57,816 nt of DNA, from sequence record DRR723986_2929; one strand, written 5' to 3'. This document shows positions 37,647 through 47,730 of this stretch, piece by piece. Each line of letters begins with the position of its first letter. Position 1 is the stretch's first letter. A program made the position numbers and the translations under genes. Below the pieces are notes generated by a model. That model was not told the origin of the DNA and ran no database searches. It worked only from the letters and a program-made list of their open reading frames with translations.

Positions 37647-39218
37647 CTACCGCGCCGGGACGTGTGCTGCGATCAACTGCGGGCCGTCGGCGGCGAAGGC
37701 TCGTTCGAGAGCTGTGTCGAATTCTTCTGCCGTGAAGGCATCCTGCGCTTCGACACCCTGCGCTTCGGCCAGCTTGACCCAGTCGATTTCCGGTTCGCCG
37801 AGTTCCAGCATGGACTTCGCCGTCGGGCCGGGATTGCCGGCACCCGTGCGGGCGAGTTCGATATTCAGGATACGGTAGGAGTGGTTGACGAAGACGACGT
37901 TGACCACATTCGCCTCTTCCCGCGCCATGCTCCACAGGGCCTGGTTCGTATACATGCCCGCGCCGTCTCCTGAAATGCAGAGTACTTTCCGGTCCGGCGC
38001 GGCCACCGCGGCGCCGAGGGCGAGTGGCATGCCCTGCCCGATCGCGCCGCCGGTAAGCATCATCCAGTCGTGCGGCTGCGCCTTCTGGGTCATCAGGAAA
38101 CAAGGCAGGCCATTCGACACGCCATCATCGGATACGAACGTGCCTTCCGGCATATGCCGCGCGAGCGCCATGCCGACCGTCATGGCATTAAGGTCGCCCG
38201 TCGGCTGGCCGGGAATATCGAGTTCAGCGAACCCGGCAGACTCCTTCGCACCGATGGCGTCTGCCAGCGCACCAAGGATTGCGGCGCTGTCGGTTTCCGG
38301 ACCACCGATGATGTAAGGCTCGCAGCCTTCCGGAACGAGCACCGAGGGTTTACCCGGATAGGAGAAGAAGGCCACCGGCACCTGCGTGCCAGCGACAAGC
38401 ATCAGGTCTGCGCCTTCAAGGTCGGCAATCGCCGCTTCAGCGAAATACTGCATCCGGTCAGGGATGAAGGTGCCCGCGCCGCGCGCCTGGCGCGGGAAGA
38501 AGGTGTCGGTGATCACGCGCAGGCCTGCCGCTTTCAGACGGGCGCCCTGGGCAAGGCCTTCCTTCGTCAGCGCCGTGCCATTGACCAGGATCGCCGGCTT
38601 CTTCGCGTCTTTCAGTTTCCGGGCAGCGTCTTCGATGCGGGCCGCATCCGGCTTGCGCAGAGACGGGCGGGCGCGCGTCTTGCCCGGCTTGCCGCCTTCG
38701 TTCCAGGCTGTATCGGCTGGCAGCAGCAGGCTGACTGGGCCGGGCACCGGTCCGAAGCTAGCTTCCCAGGCCTCCGCTGCCAGTTCTCCCGCATCGGCCA
38801 CCTTGTCGGCGGATTTGATCCAGTTCGAATTGGGCCCGGCGAGGCCCATAATGTTAGAGGTGAGCGGCGCGTCATAGCGCAGGTGCGGCACGGCATGATC
38901 GCCGATGACATTGATCATCGGCGTCCAGGCGCGTTTTGCATTGTGGATGTTCGCCCCGCCATTCATGTAGCCGGCACCCAGGTGCAGCAGCGTCATGGCC
39001 GGATTGCCGGTGACACGGGCATGACCGTCCGCCGCGCCGGTCGCCACGCCTTCGAACAGGCAAAGGACAGACTTGATCCGCGGTTCATGGTCGAGTGCGG
39101 TGACAAGGTGCATTTCCGACGTGCCGGGATTAGCGAAACAGGCAGTGACGCCGTGATCCGCCAGTGTGGAAACGAGCGCTTCGGCCCCGGTCATCGTTTG
39201 AACCTGTGTATCGGCCAT
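37647..39218 (-). CDS. TPP-dependent acetolactate synthase large subunit-like enzyme
   Basis: FANPGTSEMH, LFEGVATGAADG, GDGAGMY...N TPP-binding motif. Confidence 0.88.
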   Translation of the reverse strand: MADTQVQTMTGAEALVSTLADHGVTACFANPGTSEMHLVTALDHEPRIKSVLCLFEGVATGAADGHARVTGNPAMTLLHLGAGYMNGGANIHNAKRAWTPMINVIGDHAVPHLRYDAPLTSNIMGLAGPNSNWIKSADKVADAGELAAEAWEASFGPVPGPVSLLLPADTAWNEGGKPGKTRARPSLRKPDAARIEDAARKLKDAKKPAILVNGTALTKEGLAQGARLKAAGLRVITDTFFPRQARGAGTFIPDRMQYFAEAAIADLEGADLMLVAGTQVPVAFFSYPGKPSVLVPEGCEPYIIGGPETDSAAILGALADAIGAKESAGFAELDIPGQPTGDLNAMTVGMALARHMPEGTFVSDDGVSNGLPCFLMTQKAQPHDWMMLTGGAIGQGMPLALGAAVAAPDRKVLCISGDGAGMYTNQALWSMAREEANVVNVVFVNHSYRILNIELARTGAGNPGPTAKSMLELGEPEIDWVKLAEAQGVEAQDAFTAEEFDTALERAFAADGPQLIAAHVPAR

Positions 39219-39273
39219 GGTGTTTCCTTCCTGTCGTCTTGTCTGCCCGTGTTTAGCCTGTCGGCGTCACGGA

Positions 39274-41142
39274 TCAACGCCTGAGATCGATGATGTCCGG
39301 CCCGGGCACTGCGGCATAAAGCTTTTCGACATCGGCCTTGCGCAGGTCCTGTGTGCGGGACTGATTGATATAGCCCTTTTCCGTGATCTCACCGGCGTCG
39401 GCGCGCGGCGGGATGGGCTGCAGCAGGATACGAGCAATGCGCGCCGCCGGGTTCGGGTGGTGCCGGTTGTGGTCCTGCAGGCCGAGCTTCACATGCTCGA
39501 TCACCTTCGGATGGCGGGCCAGCTCGTCGAGCGGTAAAGGCTCGCCCACAAGACGCTGGCACCAAGCTTCATTCAGGAAGCCAAGCAGCGTGATGTCCGC
39601 CTCGTTCAAGCCGCAGACCACGGCATCCGACAAGGCCCCGCCGGTCGCGGCCACCGCGTGCACCCGCACCGTGCCCGCCGAAACCCATGTGCCGTTGGAG
39701 AGTTTGAATTCCTCTGCCGTACGTCCGTCGAACGCAAGGCCGCGTTCGGGATTGTCGGGGTCGACGAATTTCACCGCGTCACCGAGCTTGTAATAGCCTT
39801 CCTCGTCGAAGGCTTCCGCCGTCTTTTCCGGATTGCGATAATAGCCGGGCGTGATGTTCACGCCCTTGACGCGCAATTCCATTTTCTCGCCGTTCGGTAC
39901 CATCTTGAACGTATTGCCCGGCAGCGGCAGGCCGATCAGGCCCATCCTATCATTCGGCCAGTGGACGTTGGACGCCGTCGGGGCCGTTTCGGTGGCGCCA
40001 TAGCCTGCTGACAGCGAGATGCGCTCGCCGGTCGTACGCACAGCGACGGCCTGGATACGCTCATAAATGTCCTGCCCCATCGATGCACCGCCATAGGCCA
40101 TGCAGACGAGGCGGGAGAAGAAGACATCCGCCAGTTCCTGATCCCGTTCAAGCTCTGTCGCCAGCGCCGCCCAGGCGGCCGGGACGGTGGTGTGCTGTGT
40201 GGTCGGAACATCCTTCAGGTTACGGATCATGGCCGGCAGACGCGCAGGCGTCGGGGCACCTTCGTCGATATAGAGCGTACCGCCCCAGTCCAGCATGTTG
40301 TGCAGGATCGAGTGGGCGCCATAGGTGTGGCTCCATGGCAGGAAGTTGCACATGACCTGAGGCCCGCCGGTGATCTCGTCGAGGCGCTCCTCATCCCAGA
40401 CAGACCGGATCATACGGGCATTACAGGCGACCATGGAGTGTAGATTGATGACCGCTTTCGGCTCACCGGTTGATCCCGAGGTCATCATGAAGCTGGCGAC
40501 CGTGTCCGGCGTCAGCCTGTCATAGGCTGCGTCGGTCTCCGGGCCGGGCGCGCGACCAAACTGTTCGATCCGGACCGCGTCGCAGCCTTCCGCCGCCTCC
40601 CCACCATGGATCACGAGACGGCCGTCCATGCCCATGCCGTCCAGCCCGCGCTGGTAGGCGGCGCCGTCTTCCACATAGATGAATTTCGGCTCGATCAGGT
40701 GATCGATATATTTGAGACGGCCAAGGTCTTCTGACAGGAGCGCATACGCTGGCGTGACAGGGACGACCGGGCTGCCAGCCCACATGGCGGCGTATTTGAT
40801 CAGTGCATTGTCCACGGAGTTGGCCGACAGGATCATCAGCGGCGCGTCAGGGCCGCCGCCTGCATCGAGAAAGCCCTGCGCCAGCCGCTTCACCGTGGCG
40901 AGGCCCTGCGCATAGGTCACTTCCCGCCAGCCATCGCTGCCGTCCTTCGGCCTTTCGGCCAGCCAGACCGTGTCAGGCCGTTCTCCAGCCCACTTTACCA
41001 GCGGTGCCAACATGTGCGGCGGGCAGGTCTTCAGCGGGTTGCCATTGTCGAGATAGATCGTGCCATCATCGCGGCGGTCCACCTTCAGCTTCAGCGGAAG
41101 GTAAGGCACTTCGCGGAATGGAATATGTGCTGTGTCGGCCAC
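39274..41142 (-). CDS. Feruloyl-CoA synthetase-like acyl-CoA ligase
   Basis: TSGSTGEPK, LPWSH, GYGATETAP, FDGRTAEEFKL, EITEKGYINQ. Confidence 0.88.
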   Translation of the reverse strand: MADTAHIPFREVPYLPLKLKVDRRDDGTIYLDNGNPLKTCPPHMLAPLVKWAGERPDTVWLAERPKDGSDGWREVTYAQGLATVKRLAQGFLDAGGGPDAPLMILSANSVDNALIKYAAMWAGSPVVPVTPAYALLSEDLGRLKYIDHLIEPKFIYVEDGAAYQRGLDGMGMDGRLVIHGGEAAEGCDAVRIEQFGRAPGPETDAAYDRLTPDTVASFMMTSGSTGEPKAVINLHSMVACNARMIRSVWDEERLDEITGGPQVMCNFLPWSHTYGAHSILHNMLDWGGTLYIDEGAPTPARLPAMIRNLKDVPTTQHTTVPAAWAALATELERDQELADVFFSRLVCMAYGGASMGQDIYERIQAVAVRTTGERISLSAGYGATETAPTASNVHWPNDRMGLIGLPLPGNTFKMVPNGEKMELRVKGVNITPGYYRNPEKTAEAFDEEGYYKLGDAVKFVDPDNPERGLAFDGRTAEEFKLSNGTWVSAGTVRVHAVAATGGALSDAVVCGLNEADITLLGFLNEAWCQRLVGEPLPLDELARHPKVIEHVKLGLQDHNRHHPNPAARIARILLQPIPPRADAGEITEKGYINQSRTQDLRKADVEKLYAAVPGPDIIDLRR

Positions 41143-41175
41143 CCGGTGGCTCTCTCTGATTATTGTTGTTCCGGC

Positions 41176-41961
41176 TCAGACGAGGCCGCGTGTGGGAATG
41201 TGGACCACATGGCCGCAATGCTTGCAATGCACCGCATCACGGTCGTGCATGACGAGGCCGCATTCCGGGCACTCATATTCCACCTTGTCGTTCGGCTCGA
41301 TGATCGCCTTCAGCAGCTGCAGGAACAGCGTCAGCCCAAGCACCATGATCATGATCGACAGGATCCGCCCCCAACGCCCGATCATCAGCACGTCGCCATA
41401 GCCTGTGGTGGTCAGGCTTGTGACCGTAAAATAGAGCGCATCCAGATAGGTGTGAATGTTCGGATTCAAACCGACCTGCGTGGCGTAGACCAGTGCTGAC
41501 ATGATGAAGACGAACACAATCAGGTTCGTCACCTTGTCGATGACCTGCTCATGGCGCTGGAAGAAGGGCGTCAGAATTTTAACCCGCCGCACGAAGGTGA
41601 ATGCGCGGATGGCCCGCATCGCGCGCAAGACCCTCAGGAAGGCGAAGTTCGAGACCAGCAAGGGCGCCAGCATTGTGACCACGACGATCAGGTCCGCCAG
41701 GTTCACTGGCCGGAAAAAGAAATTCACTCGATGCCGGGCAATGTAGAAGCGGGCCAGATAGTCAAAAGCGATGACGATACCAATCACATAGTCCAGCAAG
41801 ACATGGTGATACCCGCGCTGTTCGAAGGGCGCCCACAGGAAGTAGGCGATCGTCACGAAATCGAACGTCAGCATCAGCCAGCGGAACCGGAACGGCCAGA
41901 CCCCGTGGCCTTCATACAGCCAGAAAAGGGCACGGTTCAGCCCTTTGCGTTCGTGCTTCAT
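41176..41961 (-). CDS. Potassium channel with C-terminal zinc ribbon
   Basis: S4-like LRVLRAMRAIR, TTTGYGD selectivity filter, CPECG...HCKHCG. Confidence 0.9.
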   Translation of the reverse strand: MKHERKGLNRALFWLYEGHGVWPFRFRWLMLTFDFVTIAYFLWAPFEQRGYHHVLLDYVIGIVIAFDYLARFYIARHRVNFFFRPVNLADLIVVVTMLAPLLVSNFAFLRVLRAMRAIRAFTFVRRVKILTPFFQRHEQVIDKVTNLIVFVFIMSALVYATQVGLNPNIHTYLDALYFTVTSLTTTGYGDVLMIGRWGRILSIMIMVLGLTLFLQLLKAIIEPNDKVEYECPECGLVMHDRDAVHCKHCGHVVHIPTRGLV

Positions 41962-42548
41962 GACCCCTGCTCCAGCGCCCGCAAGGCACGCGCCAGATTC
42001 GCGCGCGCCGCTGCATCCCATTCTGCATGGGCGATATCAGTGAAGTAAAGGCGTGGACGGGAAAGGAAACCTTTGAGGATTGCACCGCGCCCGGCCCGGT
42101 AAGCGTCTGCCGGAACGAACGCATATTCTGCCCGGATGTCCTGCTCATACTGGTCATAGACGGGCTCGGGCGCGCCGAGGATCGACAGGTCGATGTCCAG
42201 GAACAGGGCGAGGTCTCTGGCATCCTGCGCTGGCAGGCCCTCCGGCACCGTGTGGGTCGCGGTGGCGCGGATGATCGCAGCGGCAAAGCCGATATCATGC
42301 GGAGAGAGATGCTCTGCCGCCTCCTGCTCGAGCAACTGCGCGCTCAGTTCCTCATTGTCCTTGCGCTGCGGATCGTAGATCGCATCGTGCCAATAAAGTG
42401 CCCACAGTACAGGCTCCGGCCGGTTGAGGGACCGCACCCAGCGGCGATAATGGCCGAGCAGCGCCTCGACATGCGCCCATGTGTGATAGTGGCGCTGAGG
42501 CTCATAGTAGCGCGGGCGCAGCGCTTCCATCAGCGCGGCTGGGATCAA
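41958..42548 (-). CDS. HD superfamily phosphohydrolase (COG4339-like)
   Basis: RHYHTWAH, WHDAIYDP, NEELSA, LDIDLSILG, IRAEY. Confidence 0.88.
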   Translation of the reverse strand: MIPAALMEALRPRYYEPQRHYHTWAHVEALLGHYRRWVRSLNRPEPVLWALYWHDAIYDPQRKDNEELSAQLLEQEAAEHLSPHDIGFAAAIIRATATHTVPEGLPAQDARDLALFLDIDLSILGAPEPVYDQYEQDIRAEYAFVPADAYRAGRGAILKGFLSRPRLYFTDIAHAEWDAAARANLARALRALEQGS

Positions 42549-43885
42549 GTGGCAGGCTCCAGAGTCTCATTGAAGCGCACCGGCTTGCCGCCGCCCTTTT
42601 TCACGATCTCGCCGTCGCGCATGACGAAGCCGCCACGGACGATGGTTGCAACGGGCCACCCAGTAGCTTCGAAGCCATCAAAGGGAGTCCAGCCGCATTT
42701 CGATTTCGACCAGTCTGCGGTGATGGTTTCCTTGCGCTTCAGGTCCACGACCGTGAAGTCGGCATGGTAGCCCTCGGCAATCCGGCCCTTGTCGGCGAGA
42801 CCAAAGACACGCTGCGGTCCAGCGCTGGTCAGTTCGACGAAACGCTGCAGGCTGAGCTTCCCGTTGTTCACATGGGTCAGCATGATTGGTACGGTGGTCT
42901 GTACGCCCGGCATGCCGGAGGGGCTCGCCGGATAGGGCCGTGCCTTTTCTTCCTTCGTGTGCGGAGCATGGTCGGATCCCATGACGTCCACGATCCCGGC
43001 GTTCAGCGCGCGCCACAGGGCATCCTGATGGCGCTGTTCCCGGATGGGCGGGTTCATCTGGGCATATCCCTTGAGGCGCTCATAACATTCCGGTGCCGCA
43101 AGGGTCAGGTGCTGCGGCAGGCATTCGACGCTGGCGATGTCCTTCGCGTCGCGCAGGATTTCCATCTCTTCCGCAGTCGAGATGTGCAGCACGTGGATGC
43201 GTTTGCCGACCTTGCGGGCGAGGCGCAGGAGACGCGTGGTCGAAGAGACAGCCGCCTCGACATCGCGCACGACCGGGTGGCTGCGCCAGTCGCCCTGCAC
43301 GGCTAGGCCCCGGCGCTCCTCAAGGCGGTATTCGTCTTCTGAGTGGAAGGCAGCGCGGCGCTTGATGACGCGAAGCACGGCTTCAACGCCCTCATCGTCC
43401 TTGATCAGCAGGTCCCCTGTTGAAGCCCCCATGAACACTTTCACACCGCAGCAACCGAGCATGCGCTCCATCTCGGGCAGCAGGTCGATATTCTCGTGCG
43501 TCGCACCGGCATAGAAGGCGTGGTCGACATCCATGCGGCCGGCGGCGCGTTTCAGCTTGTCCTGCAAGGCGGCCGGGGTCGTCGTCGCCGGGTTGGTGTT
43601 CGGCATTTCGAACACGGCGACGACCCCGCCCAGCGCGGCAGAGCGCGCCTCGGTTTCAAGGTCGGCCTTGTATTCCATGCCTGGCTCACGGAAGTGGACC
43701 TGGCTGTCGATGACGCCCGGCAGGATATGCAGGCCGGTGGCGCCATAAATCTCTCCGGCCGAGGCCTCAGAGAGGTCGCCGATCCGGGCAATACGCTCAC
43801 CGCGTACGCCGATATCGGCCTGTGTTTCACCACCGGGAGTGACGACAGTGCCGCCGCGAAGGATCAGATCGTAAGTCTCGCTCAT
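42545..43885 (-). CDS. pyrC: Dihydroorotase (multifunctional-complex type)
   Basis: PGVIDSQVHFREPG, EMPNTNP, KVFMG, HSEDE, HIST, MNPPIR, SDHAPH. Confidence 0.88.
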   Translation of the reverse strand: MSETYDLILRGGTVVTPGGETQADIGVRGERIARIGDLSEASAGEIYGATGLHILPGVIDSQVHFREPGMEYKADLETEARSAALGGVVAVFEMPNTNPATTTPAALQDKLKRAAGRMDVDHAFYAGATHENIDLLPEMERMLGCCGVKVFMGASTGDLLIKDDEGVEAVLRVIKRRAAFHSEDEYRLEERRGLAVQGDWRSHPVVRDVEAAVSSTTRLLRLARKVGKRIHVLHISTAEEMEILRDAKDIASVECLPQHLTLAAPECYERLKGYAQMNPPIREQRHQDALWRALNAGIVDVMGSDHAPHTKEEKARPYPASPSGMPGVQTTVPIMLTHVNNGKLSLQRFVELTSAGPQRVFGLADKGRIAEGYHADFTVVDLKRKETITADWSKSKCGWTPFDGFEATGWPVATIVRGGFVMRDGEIVKKGGGKPVRFNETLEPAT

Positions 43886-44017
43886 GCGGCCCTGTATGCG
43901 CCTGCGCGCACGTCCTGTCACCCGCTTCCATGACGTTGGGTGACTGTTGGCCACGCGGAGGTTTACGCCTACGTTATCCCCAGATCGCACGACATAATCG
44001 CGACGGGAGGACATCGA

Positions 44018-44659
44018 GTGCCAAGGCTGAAAGAAGCAGGGCGGGAAGCAGCGAACGACTACGCCACACAAATCTTCAACATCGTCTTCGGTGATCGCGA
44101 CCCTGTCGCAGAACCTGGCACGGCGACGGGCACGCCTGGCAATTGGTGGACGGTGTTCAACATCGTGCCGGAAGCGTTCGAGCACACGACGGAAGGCTTC
44201 CGCTTCTATCGTTCCAAGAACCGCCTGATCGATCCCAAGCTGCGCGAGCTGGGCCAGATCCGGGCCGGCTACACCGTCGGCAGCCGGTTTGTCTTCTCAC
44301 AGCACTGCAAGGCCTGCCGCCATCTCGGCATGCCGGAGGAGCAGATCCAGGCCATACCCCACTGGCAGGTGGCCACCTGTTTCAACGAGCTGGAGCGGGC
44401 GCTGCTGGCCTACACCGATGCTTTGGTGCTGGAGCGCGGGCGGGTGCCTGACGGCGTGTTCGAGACGCTGAAGAAACATCTCAGCGACGAAGAGATCCTC
44501 GAATTCACCTACATAACCTGCACCTACATGATGCACGCCATCATGAGCCGCGCCCTGCGCCTGGAATACGATGATGTCGATGAACCGGTGACAGAGGTCC
44601 CCGCACCGGAAGGATATTATGACGACGTCATGAGCATGGTGGACCGCAAGGAGGAATAG
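44018..44659 (+). CDS. Carboxymuconolactone decarboxylase/AhpD-like protein
   Basis: DPKLRELGQIR, FVFSQHCKAC, ERALLAYTD, LSDEEILEF; GTG start with GGGAGG RBS. Confidence 0.85.
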   Translation: MPRLKEAGREAANDYATQIFNIVFGDRDPVAEPGTATGTPGNWWTVFNIVPEAFEHTTEGFRFYRSKNRLIDPKLRELGQIRAGYTVGSRFVFSQHCKACRHLGMPEEQIQAIPHWQVATCFNELERALLAYTDALVLERGRVPDGVFETLKKHLSDEEILEFTYITCTYMMHAIMSRALRLEYDDVDEPVTEVPAPEGYYDDVMSMVDRKEE

Positions 44660-44661
44660 TC

Positions 44662-45201
44662 ATGGGATACCATCATCTCGCCCTCGCGGCGAAGGACATG
44701 AAGGCCACGCACGATTTTTACGAACGGATCATGGGGTTCGAACTGGTAAAGGTCGAAGTCGGCCCGATCCCCGGCGGCGGCTGGGGCAAGCACTTCTTCT
44801 ATCGGATCGACGGCGACGACAGCCGGTTCATCGCCTTCTGGGAACTGCACGAAACGGCAGGGCAGGAAAACTACCAGTACGACCTGAACGAAGCGGCCGG
44901 CCTGCCGCCGGGCACCAATCACTATTCCTTTTCGGTCGACACCGCTGAAGAGCTGGCAGCGTGGAAGGACCGCTGGAATGCCGCCGGGCTGGACGTGCTG
45001 GAGATCGACCATAACTGGTGCCACTCGGTCTACACCAAGGACCCGAACGGCAATATTGTGGAGTTCTGCGCCACCACCGGCAGCTTCACACAGGCAGACC
45101 GTGAACGCGCCCTCGCCGCGCTGGATGAAACCGAGTTCAAGCCCTCACCGCCGCCTGCCAAAATGCAGCCCTGGCCTGCTGCGGAAAAGGCAGACGCCTG
45201 A
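44662..45201 (+). CDS. VOC/glyoxalase family protein
   Basis: HHLALA, HFFY, NHYSF, SVYTKDPNGNIVEF. Confidence 0.9.
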   Translation: MGYHHLALAAKDMKATHDFYERIMGFELVKVEVGPIPGGGWGKHFFYRIDGDDSRFIAFWELHETAGQENYQYDLNEAAGLPPGTNHYSFSVDTAEELAAWKDRWNAAGLDVLEIDHNWCHSVYTKDPNGNIVEFCATTGSFTQADRERALAALDETEFKPSPPPAKMQPWPAAEKADA

Positions 45202-45266
45202 CCGCAGGGGGATATTAGGGTTTCGCACGTAAGATCTGACGATCTGTAGCGATTACAGGCGCGCGC

Positions 45267-45692
45267 GTGACCACGACGATCAAGAGCGAGACGGTGAAGC
45301 GGCTCCGGGAAAACCTGGGGGTGCGCTATTTCCTGGCCAGCCTGGCGGGGCTGGGAGTCGACTACGCTGTCACACTGCTTCTCTATCATCTCGCCGGGCT
45401 GGACCTGTCCATCGCTGCGGCGATCTCTTTCTGTCTGGTAGGCTCGGTGTTTTACCTCGTCCATGAGTTCTGGACGTTCCGGCAGGAAGCCTCCCGCTTT
45501 TCAGCGCGCCGGATGATTGCGAACATCGGTGTCCTCCTCCTGTCCGGCACAGTGCGCGTGGCCATTATCGCTGCACTGGAATGGGTTCAGCCCCCCGCCG
45601 GATTCTGGATCAGCGCCTATTTTGCCGCTGGCGTCGCGGGCTCCTTCACTACGAATTACCTGCTCAATCGCTATTTCGTGTTCCGCCGCTGA
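45267..45692 (+). CDS. GtrA family membrane protein
   Basis: RYFLA...VDY, HEFWTF, NYLLNRYFVF; 4 TM segments. Confidence 0.85.
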   Translation: MTTTIKSETVKRLRENLGVRYFLASLAGLGVDYAVTLLLYHLAGLDLSIAAAISFCLVGSVFYLVHEFWTFRQEASRFSARRMIANIGVLLLSGTVRVAIIAALEWVQPPAGFWISAYFAAGVAGSFTTNYLLNRYFVFRR

Positions 45693-45781
45693 CACGTGGT
45701 GTCAGCAGGGCTGCTTGACCCATTGCCGGACGCGTCCCACAACTCGGCCTCCCCATTCACCGGACACAAGGCCTCCTCCCA

Positions 45782-46327
45782 ATGAAGCTCGCCCAGACTC
45801 GCCCCAACAGCCAGACCCTGCTGCGCCCGATCCTGATTGGTATCGCCGGCGTCGCGGCGCTGACCGTCTCCTCGCACATCTCTGTGCCGATGTACCCGGT
45901 GCCGATGACGATGCAGACCATGGTCGTGCTGATGCTCGGCGCGCTGCTGGGGCCTCGTGCCGGGGCGCTCACGGTGCTCGCATGGCTTGCCCTGTCGCTG
46001 ACTGGGGCACCCGTCCTTTCCGGCGGCAAGCCCGGCCTCATGGCCCTGGCAGGCCCGACGGCAGGTTACCTGATCAGCTTCCCGCTGGTCGCTTTCGCTG
46101 CCGGCTTCCTGCCGAAAGGTGACCGGCTCGGCGCGCATGCCTCGCGGCTGCTGGGCTTTGTTAGCCTGCACACGGTGATCCTGTTTGCGGGCTGGAGTTG
46201 GCTGTCCGCGCTGACCGGGCCTGAGGTGGCATTCACAACCGGCGTTGCGCCGTTCCTGTTGGGTGCGCTGATCAAGAGCGGCCTCGCGACCGCGCTGCTG
46301 GCGGCTTTCCCGCACCGGGCGGGGTGA
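45782..46327 (+). CDS. bioY: Biotin transporter BioY
   Basis: PVPMTMQT, LGPRAG, GAPV, GPTAGYL, PF...LIK. Confidence 0.93.
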   Translation: MKLAQTRPNSQTLLRPILIGIAGVAALTVSSHISVPMYPVPMTMQTMVVLMLGALLGPRAGALTVLAWLALSLTGAPVLSGGKPGLMALAGPTAGYLISFPLVAFAAGFLPKGDRLGAHASRLLGFVSLHTVILFAGWSWLSALTGPEVAFTTGVAPFLLGALIKSGLATALLAAFPHRAG

Positions 46328-46340
46328 GGCGAGGACGCCG

Positions 46341-47153
46341 ATGATGCGCTTTCCGCACCGCAGCCTGATACGCCTGACCGGGCCCGACACGATCGCCCTG
46401 CTGGAGCGGACCGTGACGAATTCGGTGAAGGATTGGGGCGCGGGCGAGGTGCGTTACGGCGCACTTCTTACCCCCCAGGGCAAGATCATATCGGACTATA
46501 CCGTGCTTAGGACGGATGACGGAGTGCTTGTGGATGTGCATGAGGACGCCGCCGAAGACCTGGCGAAGCGCCTGAAAATGTTCCGCCTGCGCGCTGAGGT
46601 CGAGATCGCTCTGGACGACACTCTTGCCGCCGTTCGCACCGATGATGCGGCCGACCCGCGCTCGCCCGCCCTCTGGGGGCGGAGCTGGGTTCCGGTCGCC
46701 GAGGCGGGGGAGATGATCGCCGATGAGGACTGGGCCGCAAACCGTATCGCGGCCGGCGTCCCCGAATGGGGGTCTGACTACGGCGCGGCGGAGGTATTCC
46801 CGACCGACATCAACATGGATGTGATGGGCGGCATCGCCTACAAGAAGGGCTGCTTCGTCGGGCAGGAAGTCGCCAGCCGGATGAAGCGGCGCGGCAAGAT
46901 CCGCAAGCGCACACTGACTGTCCGGGGCGCGGCATTGGAGGCAGGCACCGAGATCTTCTCGGCCGCCCCTGTCGGCACAGTGACGAGCGTACAGGGGGAG
47001 GCCGGCCTCGCGCTGGTGCGGACCGACCGTTTGCAGAAAATCCTCGACCAGTCCCTCCCGCTGACCTGCAATGACCAACCCGTGACATTTGACGTGCCGG
47101 CGTGGGCACAGAACGAGATGAACGCCCTCGGCGTGGAGGCCTCCGGTGAGTGA
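46341..47153 (+). CDS. ygfZ: Folate-binding protein YgfZ
   Basis: LLTPQGK and the KGCFVGQE signature. Confidence 0.93.
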   Translation: MMRFPHRSLIRLTGPDTIALLERTVTNSVKDWGAGEVRYGALLTPQGKIISDYTVLRTDDGVLVDVHEDAAEDLAKRLKMFRLRAEVEIALDDTLAAVRTDDAADPRSPALWGRSWVPVAEAGEMIADEDWAANRIAAGVPEWGSDYGAAEVFPTDINMDVMGGIAYKKGCFVGQEVASRMKRRGKIRKRTLTVRGAALEAGTEIFSAAPVGTVTSVQGEAGLALVRTDRLQKILDQSLPLTCNDQPVTFDVPAWAQNEMNALGVEASGE

Positions 47154-47730
47154 CGATTTCCCCTGCGCCTGGGCGCCGCTGACGGACGAGCTTTACCGCA
47201 CCTATCACGACACCGAATGGGGTGTGCCGGAATATGATGGCCGGGCCCTCTGGGAGAAGCTGCAGCTGGACGGCATGCAGGCCGGCCTCTCCTGGATCAC
47301 CATCCTGCGCAAGCGCGAGTCCATCCGCGAGGAGTTCGACCAGTTCGATCCGGAGAAGCTGGCCCGGTGGACACCGAAGCGGGCCGAAAAGGCGCTGAAA
47401 AATCCGGGCATCATCCGCAGCCCGAAAAAGATCGAGGCCCTGATCGGCAATGCGCAGGCGTACCTCGCCATGGAAGACACCGGTGAGGGCTTTTCCGATT
47501 ATTGCTGGGACTTTATCGGCGGCGCGCCCATCGTGAACAAGTGGAAGCACTTCCGGCAGGCACCGACATCGACCGACTGGTCGGCGGCCATGTCGAAAGA
47601 CCTGAAGAAGCGCGGTTTCAAGTTCGTAGGCCCCACCATCGTCTATGCCTGGGCACAGGCGGTTGGCATGGTGAATGACCATGACGTAACTTGCCCCCGT
47701 CACCGCGAAGTGCAGGAGATGGCATCATGA
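47146..47730 (+). CDS. tag: DNA-3-methyladenine glycosylase I
   Basis: CAW, YHDTEWG, QAGLSWITIL, GFKFVGPT, GMVNDH...C. Confidence 0.95.
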   Translation: MSDDFPCAWAPLTDELYRTYHDTEWGVPEYDGRALWEKLQLDGMQAGLSWITILRKRESIREEFDQFDPEKLARWTPKRAEKALKNPGIIRSPKKIEALIGNAQAYLAMEDTGEGFSDYCWDFIGGAPIVNKWKHFRQAPTSTDWSAAMSKDLKKRGFKFVGPTIVYAWAQAVGMVNDHDVTCPRHREVQEMAS

